Source of the DNA: Candidatus Nanopelagicales bacterium
GTDB taxonomy: Bacteria > Actinomycetota > Actinomycetes > S36-B12
Reading direction: 5' to 3'
Assembly: GCA_028825115.1 (NCBI GenBank)
Contig: JAPKAV010000002.1
Coordinates: forward strand, 126,604-190,603
DNA: 64,000 nucleotides
This document shows, one piece after another, positions 39,357 to 49,573 of the stretch (positions are counted from its first letter, which is position 1; every line of letters starts with the position of its first letter). The notes beneath the pieces were generated by a model, which saw only the letters and a list, made by a program, of their open reading frames with translations, was not told the DNA's origin and searched no databases. The position numbers and the translations under genes are program-made.

Positions 39357-40670
39357 TTACTTTTGGGCCGCCGCGAATCCAAGTTCCAAATCAGCCAGAA
39401 TGTCGGACAAACCTTCCAGTCCCACCGCGAGACGCACCAATCCCGGTGTCACTCCACCAGAAAACTGTTCCTCTTCGCTCAACTGCGAGTGAGTGGTGGA
39501 TGCAGGATGGATGACCAAGCTTCGGACATCCCCAATATTAGCAACGTGACTATGTAATTCCAGACCCTCGACAAACTTCTTGCCTGCCTCGACCCCACCA
39601 GCGATTTCAAAACTGAGAACCCCGCCTGTGCCCTTTGGTGCATATTTTTGACCGTTGGAATACCACGGGCTCGTTGGCAAGCCAGCGTAGTTAACTGACA
39701 CTACTTCCGGCCGTTTTTCTAGCCACTGGGCGACGCTGAGCGCGCTGTCAGTGTGTCGCTGCACTCGCAATGAAAGAGTTTCGATTCCCTGCGCAATCAA
39801 GAACGCGTTAAATGGTGACACTGCGGCTCCCAGATCACGTAGCAACTGAACCCGCGCTTTAAGGATAAAGGAAAGGTTCACCCCGAATGCCCCGTCAACG
39901 CCGAGGTCTCGGGCATAAACCAAACCGTGGTAACTGGGATCCGGCTGGTTGTAGTTGGGGAAGCGTTCCGGGTATTTGGCGTAGTCGAATTTACCGGCGT
40001 CGACGATGACGCCAGCCACGGCTGTTCCGTGCCCACCGAGATATTTCGTGGCAGAGTGAATGACCACATCGGCACCGAAATCGATCGGAGTAATCAGATA
40101 GGGAGTTGCGACCGTATTGTCGACAATTAGTGGAACGCCAAACTCGTGCGCAACCGAGGCAACCCCAGAAATGTCGAGGACATCGTTTCTCGGATTAGCC
40201 AGTGTTTCCCCGTAAAAGGCCTTGGTATTTGGTCGGATTGCCGCTTTCCATGATTCCAAGTCATCCGCATTTTCAACGAATGACACTTCGATTCCCAGCT
40301 TTGGTAGCGTGTAATGGAACAGATTGTAGGTGCCTCCATACAAGCTCGCGCTGGAGACAATGTGGTCACCGGCTTCAGCGATATTAAGAACCGCCAAGGT
40401 TTCCGCAGCCATACCGCTCGCCACCAACAATGCACCCACGCCACCTTCAAGGGCCGCAATGCGATCCTCAACTGCTGCTTGTGTTGGGTTCATGATTCGG
40501 GTATAAATATTGCCTAATTCTTTTAGTGCAAAAAGGTTAGCCGCATGCTCAGTGTCTTTAAATACATATGCCGTCGTCTGATAGATAGGTAATGCACGAG
40601 CACCCGTAGCTTCATCAGCAATTTGTCCCGCATGTATTTGCTTTGTGTCAAAAGTCCATTGATCGCTCAT
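39357..40670 (-). CDS. metY: O-acetylhomoserine aminocarboxypropyltransferase (sulfhydrylase)
   Basis: Cys/Met-metabolism PLP enzyme with the PLP-Lys motif HSATKYLGGHG. Start at MSDQWTFDTKQIHAG with a GGGAGA RBS. The ORF opens at 40763 inside the leader. Confidence 0.95.
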   Translation of the reverse strand: MSDQWTFDTKQIHAGQIADEATGARALPIYQTTAYVFKDTEHAANLFALKELGNIYTRIMNPTQAAVEDRIAALEGGVGALLVASGMAAETLAVLNIAEAGDHIVSSASLYGGTYNLFHYTLPKLGIEVSFVENADDLESWKAAIRPNTKAFYGETLANPRNDVLDISGVASVAHEFGVPLIVDNTVATPYLITPIDFGADVVIHSATKYLGGHGTAVAGVIVDAGKFDYAKYPERFPNYNQPDPSYHGLVYARDLGVDGAFGVNLSFILKARVQLLRDLGAAVSPFNAFLIAQGIETLSLRVQRHTDSALSVAQWLEKRPEVVSVNYAGLPTSPWYSNGQKYAPKGTGGVLSFEIAGGVEAGKKFVEGLELHSHVANIGDVRSLVIHPASTTHSQLSEEEQFSGGVTPGLVRLAVGLEGLSDILADLELGFAAAQK

Positions 40671-40786
40671 TTTTTTCTCCCTAAAGTTGTGTGTTTGGTT
40701 CGTTAGTCGGACGCATGGGTGCACCTCTTCCTCCTGCGTCTGCGTCTGAGCAAAGAACACCATTGCTCACTCAGATGGAGGTGCTT

Positions 40787-40842
40787 TAACAACAACAAAT
40801 TGAACAACACATGGCAGCCCTCAATCCCTCTGGGGCCCTGCC
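40787..40842 (-). terminator. terminator-like hairpin plus U-rich tract in the metY leader (candidate riboswitch expression platform)
   Basis: Minus-strand RNA reads GGCAGGGCCCCAGAGGGAUUGAGGGCUGCC (40842-40813), followed by AUGUGUUGUUCAAUUUGUUGUUGUU. Confidence 0.4.
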
Positions 40843-40850
40843 TTTTGCAT

Positions 40851-40958
40851 GGCCCGCGCTTGCCACAACACACGTGGCCAGGTCTCCACCGGGAGCACCC
40901 CACCGCGGTTGGAGGGTTGCCGTCTAGCTAGCCGGGGCTTAAAGCTGGACTCTTGACC
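40851..40958 (-). promoter_or_regulatory. SAM-IV riboswitch aptamer
   Basis: Minus-strand RNA reads GGUCAAGAGUCCAGCUUUAAGCCCCGGCUAGCUAGACGGCAACCCUCCAACCGCGGUGGGGUGCUCCCGGUGGAGACCUGGCC...GGCAAGCGCGGGCC. It carries the invariant SAM-IV core (AAGCCCCGGCU, CGGCAACCCUCCAACCGCGGUGGGGUGC, GCAAGCGCGGG) as I remember it from the actinomycete consensus. It lies upstream of metY-metX. Confidence 0.85.
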
Positions 40959-40984
40959 TAACGACAATTCTATACACATTCCGG

Positions 40985-41986
40985 CTAAATTGTCACTTCG
41001 ACACCAGTTAAGCACTCTTTACGAGTGAGCTCGTTGACGCTCGCGAGCCAAAATTCTGGTGGGAGTGCGTAATCTAATATGGAACGAATTATCTTTGCCA
41101 ATGAGTAATTGGGTGAGTCAGACAATGCGCGCGCGATGCAAATGTTTGCCATCGCGCCATTGCCGTGGAGCCACCAACAAATTGCTGCCGTCGTGGCTAT
41201 GGCGGCGCCACGATTTGCGTCCAGTCGAGGGAGTAATTCGCTCAGCGACTCGGCCACTGACACTGGCTCATAGGCCCCGTTAGCTAAATCCCACAAAATT
41301 GAATCCCGGATCCTGATGTCCTCTAACGCTACGACCATGCGGGCAATGTCAACCGTAGCCGAATTCGCGCACCCGTGGCCCAACAGCCGTTGTACGAATG
41401 CGCTCTCATTGGCCCGCCAAGGCGATAGATTTTCCACACCAGGTACAACCGGAAACGCCAGCTCGTCAATGAAAATGGACGAATCACTGTCGCATCGACT
41501 TGCCCGAATCGCTCGACTAATCTGTTTCTCCACGTGCATCAGGTGTGGTTCACAGCCTCCACCACACTCGAGCGAAGATACGCGATCACCGGCGAACACA
41601 AAAACCTCCCCTAACTCAATTTCGTATTTCGCCAGCACCATTTCAATCGCGTCGATACCTGAATAGATTCGTTCGTCCATGTAGTTCAGGCACGTCACGA
41701 CCATCGCCTGATCCGCATGGTAAATCCGACCGGGTTCAATGAAAAGTTCCAGGTCGGATGTGCTCAAATCCGTGGGCTCGAGGAACACTTCCACATCTGC
41801 CCTTTGGGCGAGAACCAACTCATCTGCTTTCATCCATCTGATGATGACACTATCCGCCGGATAGAAGCCAAATGATCTCACAAGATTGACAAGGGTTTCC
41901 CGTGCAATTTCAATTCTTCGACTATGCGCATGTGTATTTGGGTCCATGCGATAAATCTCGTTCTGCCAATACACCTTGGCAACCAC
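40985..41986 (-). CDS. DUF4192-like protein
   Basis: 333-aa ORF. Family assignment is from memory. An alternative start is Met14 at 41947. Confidence 0.55.
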   Translation of the reverse strand: MVAKVYWQNEIYRMDPNTHAHSRRIEIARETLVNLVRSFGFYPADSVIIRWMKADELVLAQRADVEVFLEPTDLSTSDLELFIEPGRIYHADQAMVVTCLNYMDERIYSGIDAIEMVLAKYEIELGEVFVFAGDRVSSLECGGGCEPHLMHVEKQISRAIRASRCDSDSSIFIDELAFPVVPGVENLSPWRANESAFVQRLLGHGCANSATVDIARMVVALEDIRIRDSILWDLANGAYEPVSVAESLSELLPRLDANRGAAIATTAAICWWLHGNGAMANICIARALSDSPNYSLAKIIRSILDYALPPEFWLASVNELTRKECLTGVEVTI

Positions 41987-42052
41987 GCACGCGCTTTTGT
42001 GGACAAGCTGACACAGTTCTCAATGCTGTGCAGTAACCGGCCTTCGCGGCTA

Positions 42053-42850
42053 TTACCCGCGAGGAGAAAGCTCGATGTAATCCCAGTACTTTGCCGAAAC
42101 GCCATCACCGGATGACACGCGCCGAATCCGCCGACTCATCCAAGGCCATCCGTGATCTTTCGCCCAGGACGCATGCTCCAACATCCGCGTCGACAACGTG
42201 GGCGTATGCCTCTGGCCCGCGCTGAGCATCCAATCTGAATTGCCCCAGCCCAACGCCTGCATGGCCGCACTCGCCACCAGGGCATGCCCTTTGGGGTTCA
42301 GGTGCAGCCGATCAGCGTCCCATATTCGTGGGTCATCGAAAATTTCAACATCCCAGAAATCCGCCAAATAGCATCCATGTTCCTCAGCAATTGCCATAGT
42401 TGCAGACCTTAAGCCGGCAAATCGATCCCCAATTAGCCCCATAACTTTGGAAGTGCGGCCCGGGTCGCCAAATGCGAAAAGCAATACGTCTTTGCCGCCT
42501 GAGCGAAGATCACGCACGGCACGCTCAATTTGTGTTGCCTTTATATCCAGATCAAATGACCCACGCATCGCATCGTTCACCCCACCGGCGAATGAAACCA
42601 GCTCTGGTGTCAACTCAAGGGCCCTTGGAATTTGCTCGGCGAGCATCTGGGTCAGTTTCCGACCCCGAATTGCCAAGTTCGCATATCTGAGCGGTTCCTG
42701 TGCAGTGCAGTAAGTATCTGCGAGTTGTGAAGCTAAACGATCCGCCCAGCCGTAATAAGAATTGTTGATCCCCTGATCGGCGACACCTTCTGTGAAACTG
42801 TCGCCAACAGCAACAAATGATTTCCATTCTTTGGCTTTCGTGTGAATCAT
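42053..42850 (-). CDS. SGNH/GDSL hydrolase family protein
   Basis: Block [11 protein letters not shown], block III GGVND, and a C-terminal DRLH motif. Confidence 0.85.
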   Translation of the reverse strand: MIHTKAKEWKSFVAVGDSFTEGVADQGINNSYYGWADRLASQLADTYCTAQEPLRYANLAIRGRKLTQMLAEQIPRALELTPELVSFAGGVNDAMRGSFDLDIKATQIERAVRDLRSGGKDVLLFAFGDPGRTSKVMGLIGDRFAGLRSATMAIAEEHGCYLADFWDVEIFDDPRIWDADRLHLNPKGHALVASAAMQALGWGNSDWMLSAGQRHTPTLSTRMLEHASWAKDHGWPWMSRRIRRVSSGDGVSAKYWDYIELSPRG

Positions 42851-43005
42851 TTCGACGACTGTCCGTTCATAAATATTTAAGATGAACTAAATGACAAGAC
42901 CCGGCCGCCGAAGGCTTCCCCTCCCGCGACGACCGGGTTAACCCAACACTAGTGGATGATGATGTAAAGGGAGCATCAGGACGCTGCACCGGGGGTGTCA
43001 CAACT

Positions 43006-44097
43006 CTACTTCTGGGACCCGGGCTCGCCCGAATCAGCGAGATGAGCAGAACTAGCAGGGGTGGGCTTCGCTAACGCCTGGCCGGCTTTTCGATACCACG
43101 CGACCAGCGCAATCACACCGATAAGGATCTGTGGAATAAAGCTAGCGGCCCGCCAGAGGAGTGCGGCGGCTGTGGCGACTCCCACTGAGGTACCAAAGCC
43201 CACCAGCAACGCAATCATCGCGGCATCAACGGTGCCCAGCCCACCAGGGGTAATTGGGATCATCAGACCTAGTTGACTAATTCCGAACGCGGCGAATGCA
43301 GCTGCAAAGGAAGTGCCCGCGCTGTCCCAACCTTCAATACCTCTTAAAGCGACATAGAAGATCAGAAATTGGGTGAATGACACGGCGATTTGAGCCGCTG
43401 TCAATGCCGCCCACCGCCGTTTGAGTAAGGCATACATATCCACCCGAAACTTGATGATTGGGGCTGCGACATCAAGATTCTTAATCGCCTTAATGCGCTT
43501 GCGAAATGGCCCTATTAACCGGTTTGAGAGTTTACCTACCTTGGTAGCAAGGGCCTGTGAACGCATGATCAGCACAAAGGTCACAACTAGAGCCACCAAG
43601 ATCACCAGACCGAGGAACCCGGTTGCCGCATGGCTATCCCCACTAACGCCAAACAAGGTAACGGTGACTACACCGCACACCGGAAACAACAACGTAACAA
43701 ATGTGCTCCACATGCCCACAGCCGTGATGGTGGCGGTAGCACTTGTTGCGGGCACCCCAAAGGTGCTCAGCATCCCGAACTGCACTGCAAGTCCGACGGC
43801 TCCACCGCCCGGAACACCATTACTAATGGCAAATGCAGCTTGGTTAAGTTGTTGTGATCGCCAGTATTTCAAGCCTGGTGTTGCAGCCTTAAATGGGAAT
43901 CCGTAGGTGATCAAGTACAAAAACACGCATCCCACTATCAACGCCAGGGCGGAAGTGGTCATTGTCTCCAGCGCGCTGGCAGCCTCAGAGTAACTGCCAA
44001 TTTGTGGAATCACTTTCCAGAAAATAATCACAATGAATGCGAGACCGACCACGCCGAGAATTATCGATTTTTTCCTGTCCAGTCCACCAGGGCTCAT
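43006..44097 (-). CDS. lysylphosphatidylglycerol-synthase-TM-region-like (UPF0104/flippase-like) membrane protein
   Basis: Start set at MSPGGLDRKKSIILGVVGL. The protein is polytopic with the GGLGTVDAAM motif typical of the family. The ORF opens at 44304. Confidence 0.7.
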   Translation of the reverse strand: MSPGGLDRKKSIILGVVGLAFIVIIFWKVIPQIGSYSEAASALETMTTSALALIVGCVFLYLITYGFPFKAATPGLKYWRSQQLNQAAFAISNGVPGGGAVGLAVQFGMLSTFGVPATSATATITAVGMWSTFVTLLFPVCGVVTVTLFGVSGDSHAATGFLGLVILVALVVTFVLIMRSQALATKVGKLSNRLIGPFRKRIKAIKNLDVAAPIIKFRVDMYALLKRRWAALTAAQIAVSFTQFLIFYVALRGIEGWDSAGTSFAAAFAAFGISQLGLMIPITPGGLGTVDAAMIALLVGFGTSVGVATAAALLWRAASFIPQILIGVIALVAWYRKAGQALAKPTPASSAHLADSGEPGSQK

Positions 44098-44216
44098 CGA
44101 TGCCTTGGGATCTACATCATGGGGTTCCACATACCCACTCTGGCAGAACTGAGGCCTGATCTGTGTCACTTGGGGGTGGCGCAAGGACTCCTTCGGGCAT
44201 TCGGCAGGATGAGGCC

Positions 44217-44858
44217 ATGCGGCTTGATCATATTTCCTATGCCTGTCACAGTAATGAAATCGCTGACGTCGTCCAACGAATCGGCGTGGACCTGGGGAAT
44301 ACATTTATCGACGGCGGGCGACACCCTTCGTTTGGTACCAGAAACTTCATTCTTCCGCTAGCGCACGGTGTGTACATAGAGGTTGTCAGCGCCCTAGACC
44401 ACCCTTCGGTGCAGAAAGCCCCATTCGGTCGAGCAGTGGCCCAAAGAGCCCGAGCAGGTGGCGGCTGGATGTCCTGGGTTGTGTCGACAACGGACCTCTC
44501 ACCGGTAGAGCAAGAACTGGAGAGAAAAGCCGCCGAGGGACACCGCATTCGACCTGATGGTGTGGACTTGCATTGGCGCCAAATCGGGGTCCTGGACACG
44601 ATTGAGCACCCACAATCCCCGTTCTTCGTGCAATGGGAGAGCCCACAAGAGCACCATCCCGCATTTGGTGGTGAACGAACCGGCATCAAGGTGCTCAGCA
44701 TGGAAATTAATTGCCCGTCCCGGGATCTGGGACCCATGGCTACCGAACTGGCTCCACTCACAGATTTGATCACGTGGGTACATGACACTGAAACTGATGA
44801 ATTCGGTGTAAACGCTATTACATTTGAAACGCCACACGGACTCGTTCGGATTGACTGA
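44217..44858 (+). CDS. VOC/glyoxalase-like domain protein
   Basis: Starts MRLDHISYAC. About 213 aa. The ORF opens at 44163. Confidence 0.65.
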   Translation: MRLDHISYACHSNEIADVVQRIGVDLGNTFIDGGRHPSFGTRNFILPLAHGVYIEVVSALDHPSVQKAPFGRAVAQRARAGGGWMSWVVSTTDLSPVEQELERKAAEGHRIRPDGVDLHWRQIGVLDTIEHPQSPFFVQWESPQEHHPAFGGERTGIKVLSMEINCPSRDLGPMATELAPLTDLITWVHDTETDEFGVNAITFETPHGLVRID

Positions 44859-44870
44859 AGAGAGGCAACA

Positions 44871-45983
44871 ATGACAACTCGTGACCAACCTCAGATTTCA
44901 GATGGTGTCCCCGATACGCTCAAGAAAGCCTCAGGGTTCACGTGGCGGATTCTGGTGCTGCTCGCGGGGTTTGGCGTATTTGCCCTAGCACTTAACGCCA
45001 TTTTTCCTGTTGTGTTTGCGCTTTTCTTCGCGATGCTGGTCGCCGCGTGGACCCAGCCACTGATGAATCTTCTTCAAAGGCTTCTGCCCAAAATACTTTC
45101 GATGCTGTTAGCCCTACTGCTTATCGGGTCAGCTATCCTTGGCATTCTCTTTATAGTGATTAGATCGTCGGTAGATGAAGGACCCAAATTACTAGAAAGC
45201 CTGACCTTGGGCCTCAATGAGATCGAAAAGTGGCTACAGGAAGGGCCGCTCAACCTCAGTGATGAGAGCCTCAGCAACTTGCTCGAACAGGCACAATCGT
45301 GGGGTGAAACCGCAGCAAAGGGCATCGCGGTGGGCTTGCTTGACTCCCTTAGCTCGATTGGAACCTTGGTGATCGCTGGCTCAGTATTCCTTTTCGGAGT
45401 TATCTTTTTCCTGCTCACCCCTAATCGAATCTGGGACTGGTTCGTGTCTTGGCTACCAAAAGAAGTTGCAGAGTCAGTAAACGTTTCCGGAAGGATCGCT
45501 TGGGGCTCCATCTCCGGCTACACCCGTGGGATTGTTGTTATTGCCTTCGCCGATGCGTTTTTGGTCTTTATTGGTCTGCTTATCCTTCAAGTGCCACTGG
45601 CACCTGCGCTTGCAGCAGTGGTCTTCCTCGGCGCATTCATTCCCGTGATCGGTGCGCCAATCGCCACATTTTTTGCGGCCATCGTTGCCCTCGCCGAACG
45701 CGGCCCACTTATCGCGCTCCTGGTAGTGATCTTGACCGTGATCGTTGGATCATTTGACGGTGACGTGTTACAGCCGCTAGTGATGGGCAAAGCGGTGAAC
45801 TTGCACCCACTGGCAATAATTTTAGCGATTGCTGCGGGAAGCATTGCCCTAGGAATCGTCGGGGCTCTCATCGCCGTGCCGATTGCAGGTGCGGTCTACG
45901 GGGTGGCCAAATACGTCACCGGTCGAGACCCGGAACATTCCTTTCCGCCCACGCACCCGTTTACGCCAAGTCAGAGTGCGTAA
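44871..45983 (+). CDS. AI-2E (PerM/YhhT) family transporter
   Basis: 370-aa polytopic membrane protein. The architecture and the conserved C-terminal PLAIILA...GA..GALIAVP segment are typical of the family. Confidence 0.8.
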   Translation: MTTRDQPQISDGVPDTLKKASGFTWRILVLLAGFGVFALALNAIFPVVFALFFAMLVAAWTQPLMNLLQRLLPKILSMLLALLLIGSAILGILFIVIRSSVDEGPKLLESLTLGLNEIEKWLQEGPLNLSDESLSNLLEQAQSWGETAAKGIAVGLLDSLSSIGTLVIAGSVFLFGVIFFLLTPNRIWDWFVSWLPKEVAESVNVSGRIAWGSISGYTRGIVVIAFADAFLVFIGLLILQVPLAPALAAVVFLGAFIPVIGAPIATFFAAIVALAERGPLIALLVVILTVIVGSFDGDVLQPLVMGKAVNLHPLAIILAIAAGSIALGIVGALIAVPIAGAVYGVAKYVTGRDPEHSFPPTHPFTPSQSA

Positions 45984-46010
45984 ACCAATCTCACCATAGA
46001 ACTGCGCGGA

Positions 46011-46514
46011 TTAACTCCGAGCATTTATGTTGTCAATTGGCAGGTCATTACCCGCTGTTACACAATAACGTTCAATTCGTTCGGCCGAGGAATTTATCCG
46101 CTTGAGGGACTTTTTGTTGATCCCATCCGTCCCTTTTTTCGGATTCGCGCGATTCACATTATTCTGAATCCGTTCAGCATTTGACAGCGCCTTTGCGGGG
46201 AGCTCGCCCCCGATTACCGCCGAATCGATGGAAACAACCATCAGGTCCGTGTCGGACTGTATTTCACTTAGAAGAGCCTTTTTTTGCTTCTTGGTAAGAT
46301 CGCCTGAATCGCCATTGATCCGCGAACGCACCAAATCGAGCGCGAAGTAGTCATCGCAGGCGTCCTGCGCCAAAACTGCAATAACCGCCGTGGTTTCCGA
46401 AGGAGAGGGAGTAACCGTCGGAGTGACCTCAGATTCGGCGCTACTGGAGCATCCTGCGAGCACGAGAGATGCGCTAGCTGCTACGAGTGCGACTCTGACA
46501 ATACTTTTGCGCAT
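46011..46514 (-). CDS. hypothetical lipoprotein
   Basis: Signal peptide with the lipobox LVLAGCSS. There is no other motif. Confidence 0.6.
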   Translation of the reverse strand: MRKSIVRVALVAASASLVLAGCSSSAESEVTPTVTPSPSETTAVIAVLAQDACDDYFALDLVRSRINGDSGDLTKKQKKALLSEIQSDTDLMVVSIDSAVIGGELPAKALSNAERIQNNVNRANPKKGTDGINKKSLKRINSSAERIERYCVTAGNDLPIDNINARS

Positions 46515-46598
46515 AACTGGGCTCCTCAGGCAATTGGATAATCGTTTCTTAGCCTACGCCACAGAAAAGAATGCGGTGGGATTTTACGCGCCAGTGGG

Positions 46599-46640
46599 CA
46601 AAAAATATTGGCCCCACCCGGATTTGGGTGGGGCCAATAT
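46599..46640 (-). terminator. rho-independent terminator of nrdJ
   Basis: Perfect 15-bp inverted repeat ATATTGGCCCCACCC / GGGTGGGGCCAATAT (46605-46619 / 46626-46640) with a 6-nt loop. On the minus strand the stem is followed by a T-run (plus-strand A-run 46600-46604). It lies about 20 nt after the nrdJ stop. Confidence 0.8.
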
Positions 46641-46662
46641 GTTACCTCGGTACCAGATGGAC

Positions 46663-49488
46663 CTAGCTGCAGCCAGAGGTGCTGCCGCAACCCTCGCAGA
46701 CGTAGCAGCTACCGGCTGGGCGCATCTTGATCCCACAGGTCATGCAGAGGGGCGCATCAGAGGCAGTGCCAGTGATCGCCTCTAGTAACTCGGCACTTGA
46801 ATGCACTTCAATCGGGGCTTGAGCCACAGGCGTTACCACCAGATCTGCCCCTTGCTCATTGGTGTCAAGGTCGATAGCCGGTGCGGTTGCGGGTGCGTAG
46901 TTGTTGTGCACCGCAGCCGTTCGTTCTTCGGCCGTGAAGATCCCCAATGCTTCCCGCTGTTCGAAACTGAGATGATCCAGTGCCAGTCTGCGGAAAATGT
47001 AATCCATCATGGATTGAGAGATCCGAATATCTGGATCATCGGTCATTCCAGCCGGCTCAAAGCGCATGTTGACAAACTTGTTAACAAAGGCCTCAAGCGG
47101 TACGCCGTATTGCAATGCAATGCTTATCGCAATAGAGAAAGCATCCATTACCCCGGCCAAGGTTGACCCTTGTTTGCCGAGTTTAAGGAATACCTCGCCG
47201 AGTTGGCCGTCGTCATAGCTTCCCGCGGTCATGTAGCCCTCAGCCCCGGCAACAGAGAAAGAAGTCGTCTGACTCGGTCGCGACTTCGGAAGTCTGCGAC
47301 GGACCGGGTTCACACCGACAACGACCCCCTCCACCGGATCGTCAGCTGTCTTTGCCTTTGCATCACTGAGTGGTTGTCCCACCTTGCAGTTATCCCGGTA
47401 GATCGCGAGCGCCTTAATGCCCATTTTCCAACCCTGGAAGTAGATTTCCTCAACTTCCTCAACTGTGGCATCTTCTGGCATATTTACCGTCTTACTTATT
47501 GCACCAGAAATGAACGGTTGCACGGCAGCCATCATGCGAACGTGACCCATCGGCGCAATCGAACGCGCGCCCATCGCCGTGTCAAAAATGGCGTAGTGCT
47601 CCTGCTTGAGCCCTGGCGCATCAATGACGTGGCCGTTTTCACCAATAAATTCGATAATCGCTTCGACTGTTTCTTCAGCGTATCCGAGCTTACGAAGTGC
47701 ACGTGGAATGGTTTGGTTCACGATTTGCATCGATCCGCCACCGACAAGTTTCTTGAACTTGACCAGTGAGAAGTCAGGCTCGACACCCGTTGTGTCGCAG
47801 TCCATCATGAAACCAATTGTTCCTGTTGGTGCTAACACTGACGCTTGAGCATTCCTCCAACCGTGTGCCTCACCTAACGTTAAAGCCTCTTCCCAGACTT
47901 TCACCGCCAACGCGGTTACATCGCCATCGAGATTACTAAACCGCCTGATGTTGTCATTGGCTGCCGCATGCCTACGCATCACGCGCTTGTGTGCATATTC
48001 ATTGCGTGCATAGCCTTCATAAGGTCCCACAATTCCAGCTAACTCGGCACTGCGCTTGTACGCGGTTCCGTTCATTAGCGAAGTTATACCCGCCGCAAAT
48101 GCCCGGCCGGCCTCAGAATCGTAGGGCAAGCTCGTCGCCATCAGCAGGGCGCCCAGATTTGCGTAGCCCACTCCCAGTTGGCGGTAACGCCGAGTCGTGT
48201 CACCAATTGGTGCTGTCGGGAAGTCGGCGAAACAGATTGAAATATCCATGGCTGTAATGACGTACTCAACTGCTTTAGAGAAGCGCTCCGCATCAAATGT
48301 GTCATCTTCTTTCAGGAACTTCAGTAAGTTCAGGCTCGCTAAGTTGCACGATGAGTTATCAAGACTCATGTATTCAGAGCATGGATTCGACGCGTTGATC
48401 CGACCCGTTTCAGGGTTGGTGTGCCAATCATTAATCGTGTCATCGTATTGAATACCAGGATCAGCACAAGCCCAAGCAGCCTCGGTAATCTTGTGGAAAA
48501 GTCCAACCGCATCAACAGTTTCAATGGTCTGGCCATCGGTTCGTGAAGTCAGGCCAAATGGCTCTCCATTTTCAACCGCTGACATAAACAGGTCAGACAC
48601 TCGGACCGAGTTATTGGCATTTTGGTACTGAACACTGGAAATATCAGCACCACCTAAATCCATGTCGTAGCCGGCATCGCGCAGGACTCGAATTTTGTCT
48701 TCCTCGCGTACCTTGGTCTCAATAAACTCTTCAATATCGGGGTGATCCACGTCAAGGACAACCATTTTTGCAGCTCTACGCGTCGCCCCTCCTGATTTGA
48801 TAGTTCCTGCTGAGGCATCAGCCCCACGCATAAATGACACTGGACCCGAAGCTGTTCCACCGGATGAGCGCAGCACCTCCTTGCTGGATCGGATCCGAGA
48901 CAGGTTCAGTCCCGCTCCTGACCCACCTTTAAAAATCATGCCCTCTTCGCGGTACCAATTAAGTATCGAATCCATGGTGTCGTCCACGCTAAGGATGAAA
49001 CAGGCACTCACCTGTTGCGGGGACGTCGTCCCCACGTTGAACCACACTGGCGAATTGAATGCGAATACTTGGTGTAGCAACATGTGCGTTAGTTCATGCT
49101 CAAAGATTTCCGCATCCTGATCAGTTCGGAAGTACCCATTCTCGCGACCCGACTTGGTGTAAGTGAGCACTACTCGATCAATCAGTTGCTTTAAGCTCCA
49201 TTCTCTATTATTGGCACCGAGAGCCCCGCGGAAATATTTTGTAGTAACGATTGTGGAAGCATTGACGCTCCAAAAATCTGGGTACTCCACCCCGCGCTGT
49301 TCAAATACTATTTCTCCTGTTCGCCAATTATTTTGGAGAACATCTCGGCGTTCCCAATTCACCTCGTCATACGGATGCATACCCTCAGTCGTAAACAACC
49401 GTTGCATTTGCAGGCCAGGGCCGGCAATGGTGTTGTGGACGAACTCATCCTTGGGAGTGATCACCGGGGCTTCTGGTGCCTGTGTCAT
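46663..49488 (-). CDS. nrdJ: adenosylcobalamin-dependent ribonucleoside-diphosphate reductase (class II)
   Basis: 941-aa ORF with RNR core motifs (NPCSEY, active-site Cys regions) and a Cys-rich C-terminal tail CMTCGIKMRPAGSCYVCEGCGSTSGCS. It sits downstream of nrdR. Confidence 0.95.
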   Translation of the reverse strand: MTQAPEAPVITPKDEFVHNTIAGPGLQMQRLFTTEGMHPYDEVNWERRDVLQNNWRTGEIVFEQRGVEYPDFWSVNASTIVTTKYFRGALGANNREWSLKQLIDRVVLTYTKSGRENGYFRTDQDAEIFEHELTHMLLHQVFAFNSPVWFNVGTTSPQQVSACFILSVDDTMDSILNWYREEGMIFKGGSGAGLNLSRIRSSKEVLRSSGGTASGPVSFMRGADASAGTIKSGGATRRAAKMVVLDVDHPDIEEFIETKVREEDKIRVLRDAGYDMDLGGADISSVQYQNANNSVRVSDLFMSAVENGEPFGLTSRTDGQTIETVDAVGLFHKITEAAWACADPGIQYDDTINDWHTNPETGRINASNPCSEYMSLDNSSCNLASLNLLKFLKEDDTFDAERFSKAVEYVITAMDISICFADFPTAPIGDTTRRYRQLGVGYANLGALLMATSLPYDSEAGRAFAAGITSLMNGTAYKRSAELAGIVGPYEGYARNEYAHKRVMRRHAAANDNIRRFSNLDGDVTALAVKVWEEALTLGEAHGWRNAQASVLAPTGTIGFMMDCDTTGVEPDFSLVKFKKLVGGGSMQIVNQTIPRALRKLGYAEETVEAIIEFIGENGHVIDAPGLKQEHYAIFDTAMGARSIAPMGHVRMMAAVQPFISGAISKTVNMPEDATVEEVEEIYFQGWKMGIKALAIYRDNCKVGQPLSDAKAKTADDPVEGVVVGVNPVRRRLPKSRPSQTTSFSVAGAEGYMTAGSYDDGQLGEVFLKLGKQGSTLAGVMDAFSIAISIALQYGVPLEAFVNKFVNMRFEPAGMTDDPDIRISQSMMDYIFRRLALDHLSFEQREALGIFTAEERTAAVHNNYAPATAPAIDLDTNEQGADLVVTPVAQAPIEVHSSAELLEAITGTASDAPLCMTCGIKMRPAGSCYVCEGCGSTSGCS

Positions 49489-49573
49489 GGTCGTACCTTT
49501 CTCAGTTGATATGAAGTCTGCGCCGAAATCTAGGCGCGAGACGGGTGGTAGGAGGTCTGTCTAGCTGCGTGCC

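Noticed and set aside
40703-41015. ORFs 40703-40903 and 40821-41015 (minus strand) and the N-terminal extension of ORF 39357-40763.
   Set aside because: They lie on top of the SAM-IV riboswitch and its leader. The metY homology starts at MSDQW (40670), which has its own RBS.
42899-42938. Hairpin ACCCGG...CCGGGT enclosing a C-rich segment (CTTCCCCTCCCGC), reminiscent of 6C-type sRNA loops.
   Set aside because: There is only one C-rich loop, whereas 6C RNAs have two. The loop is large and poorly structured. The element sits where a 3' end or 5' UTR of the flanking minus-strand genes is expected. The evidence is insufficient for an sRNA call.
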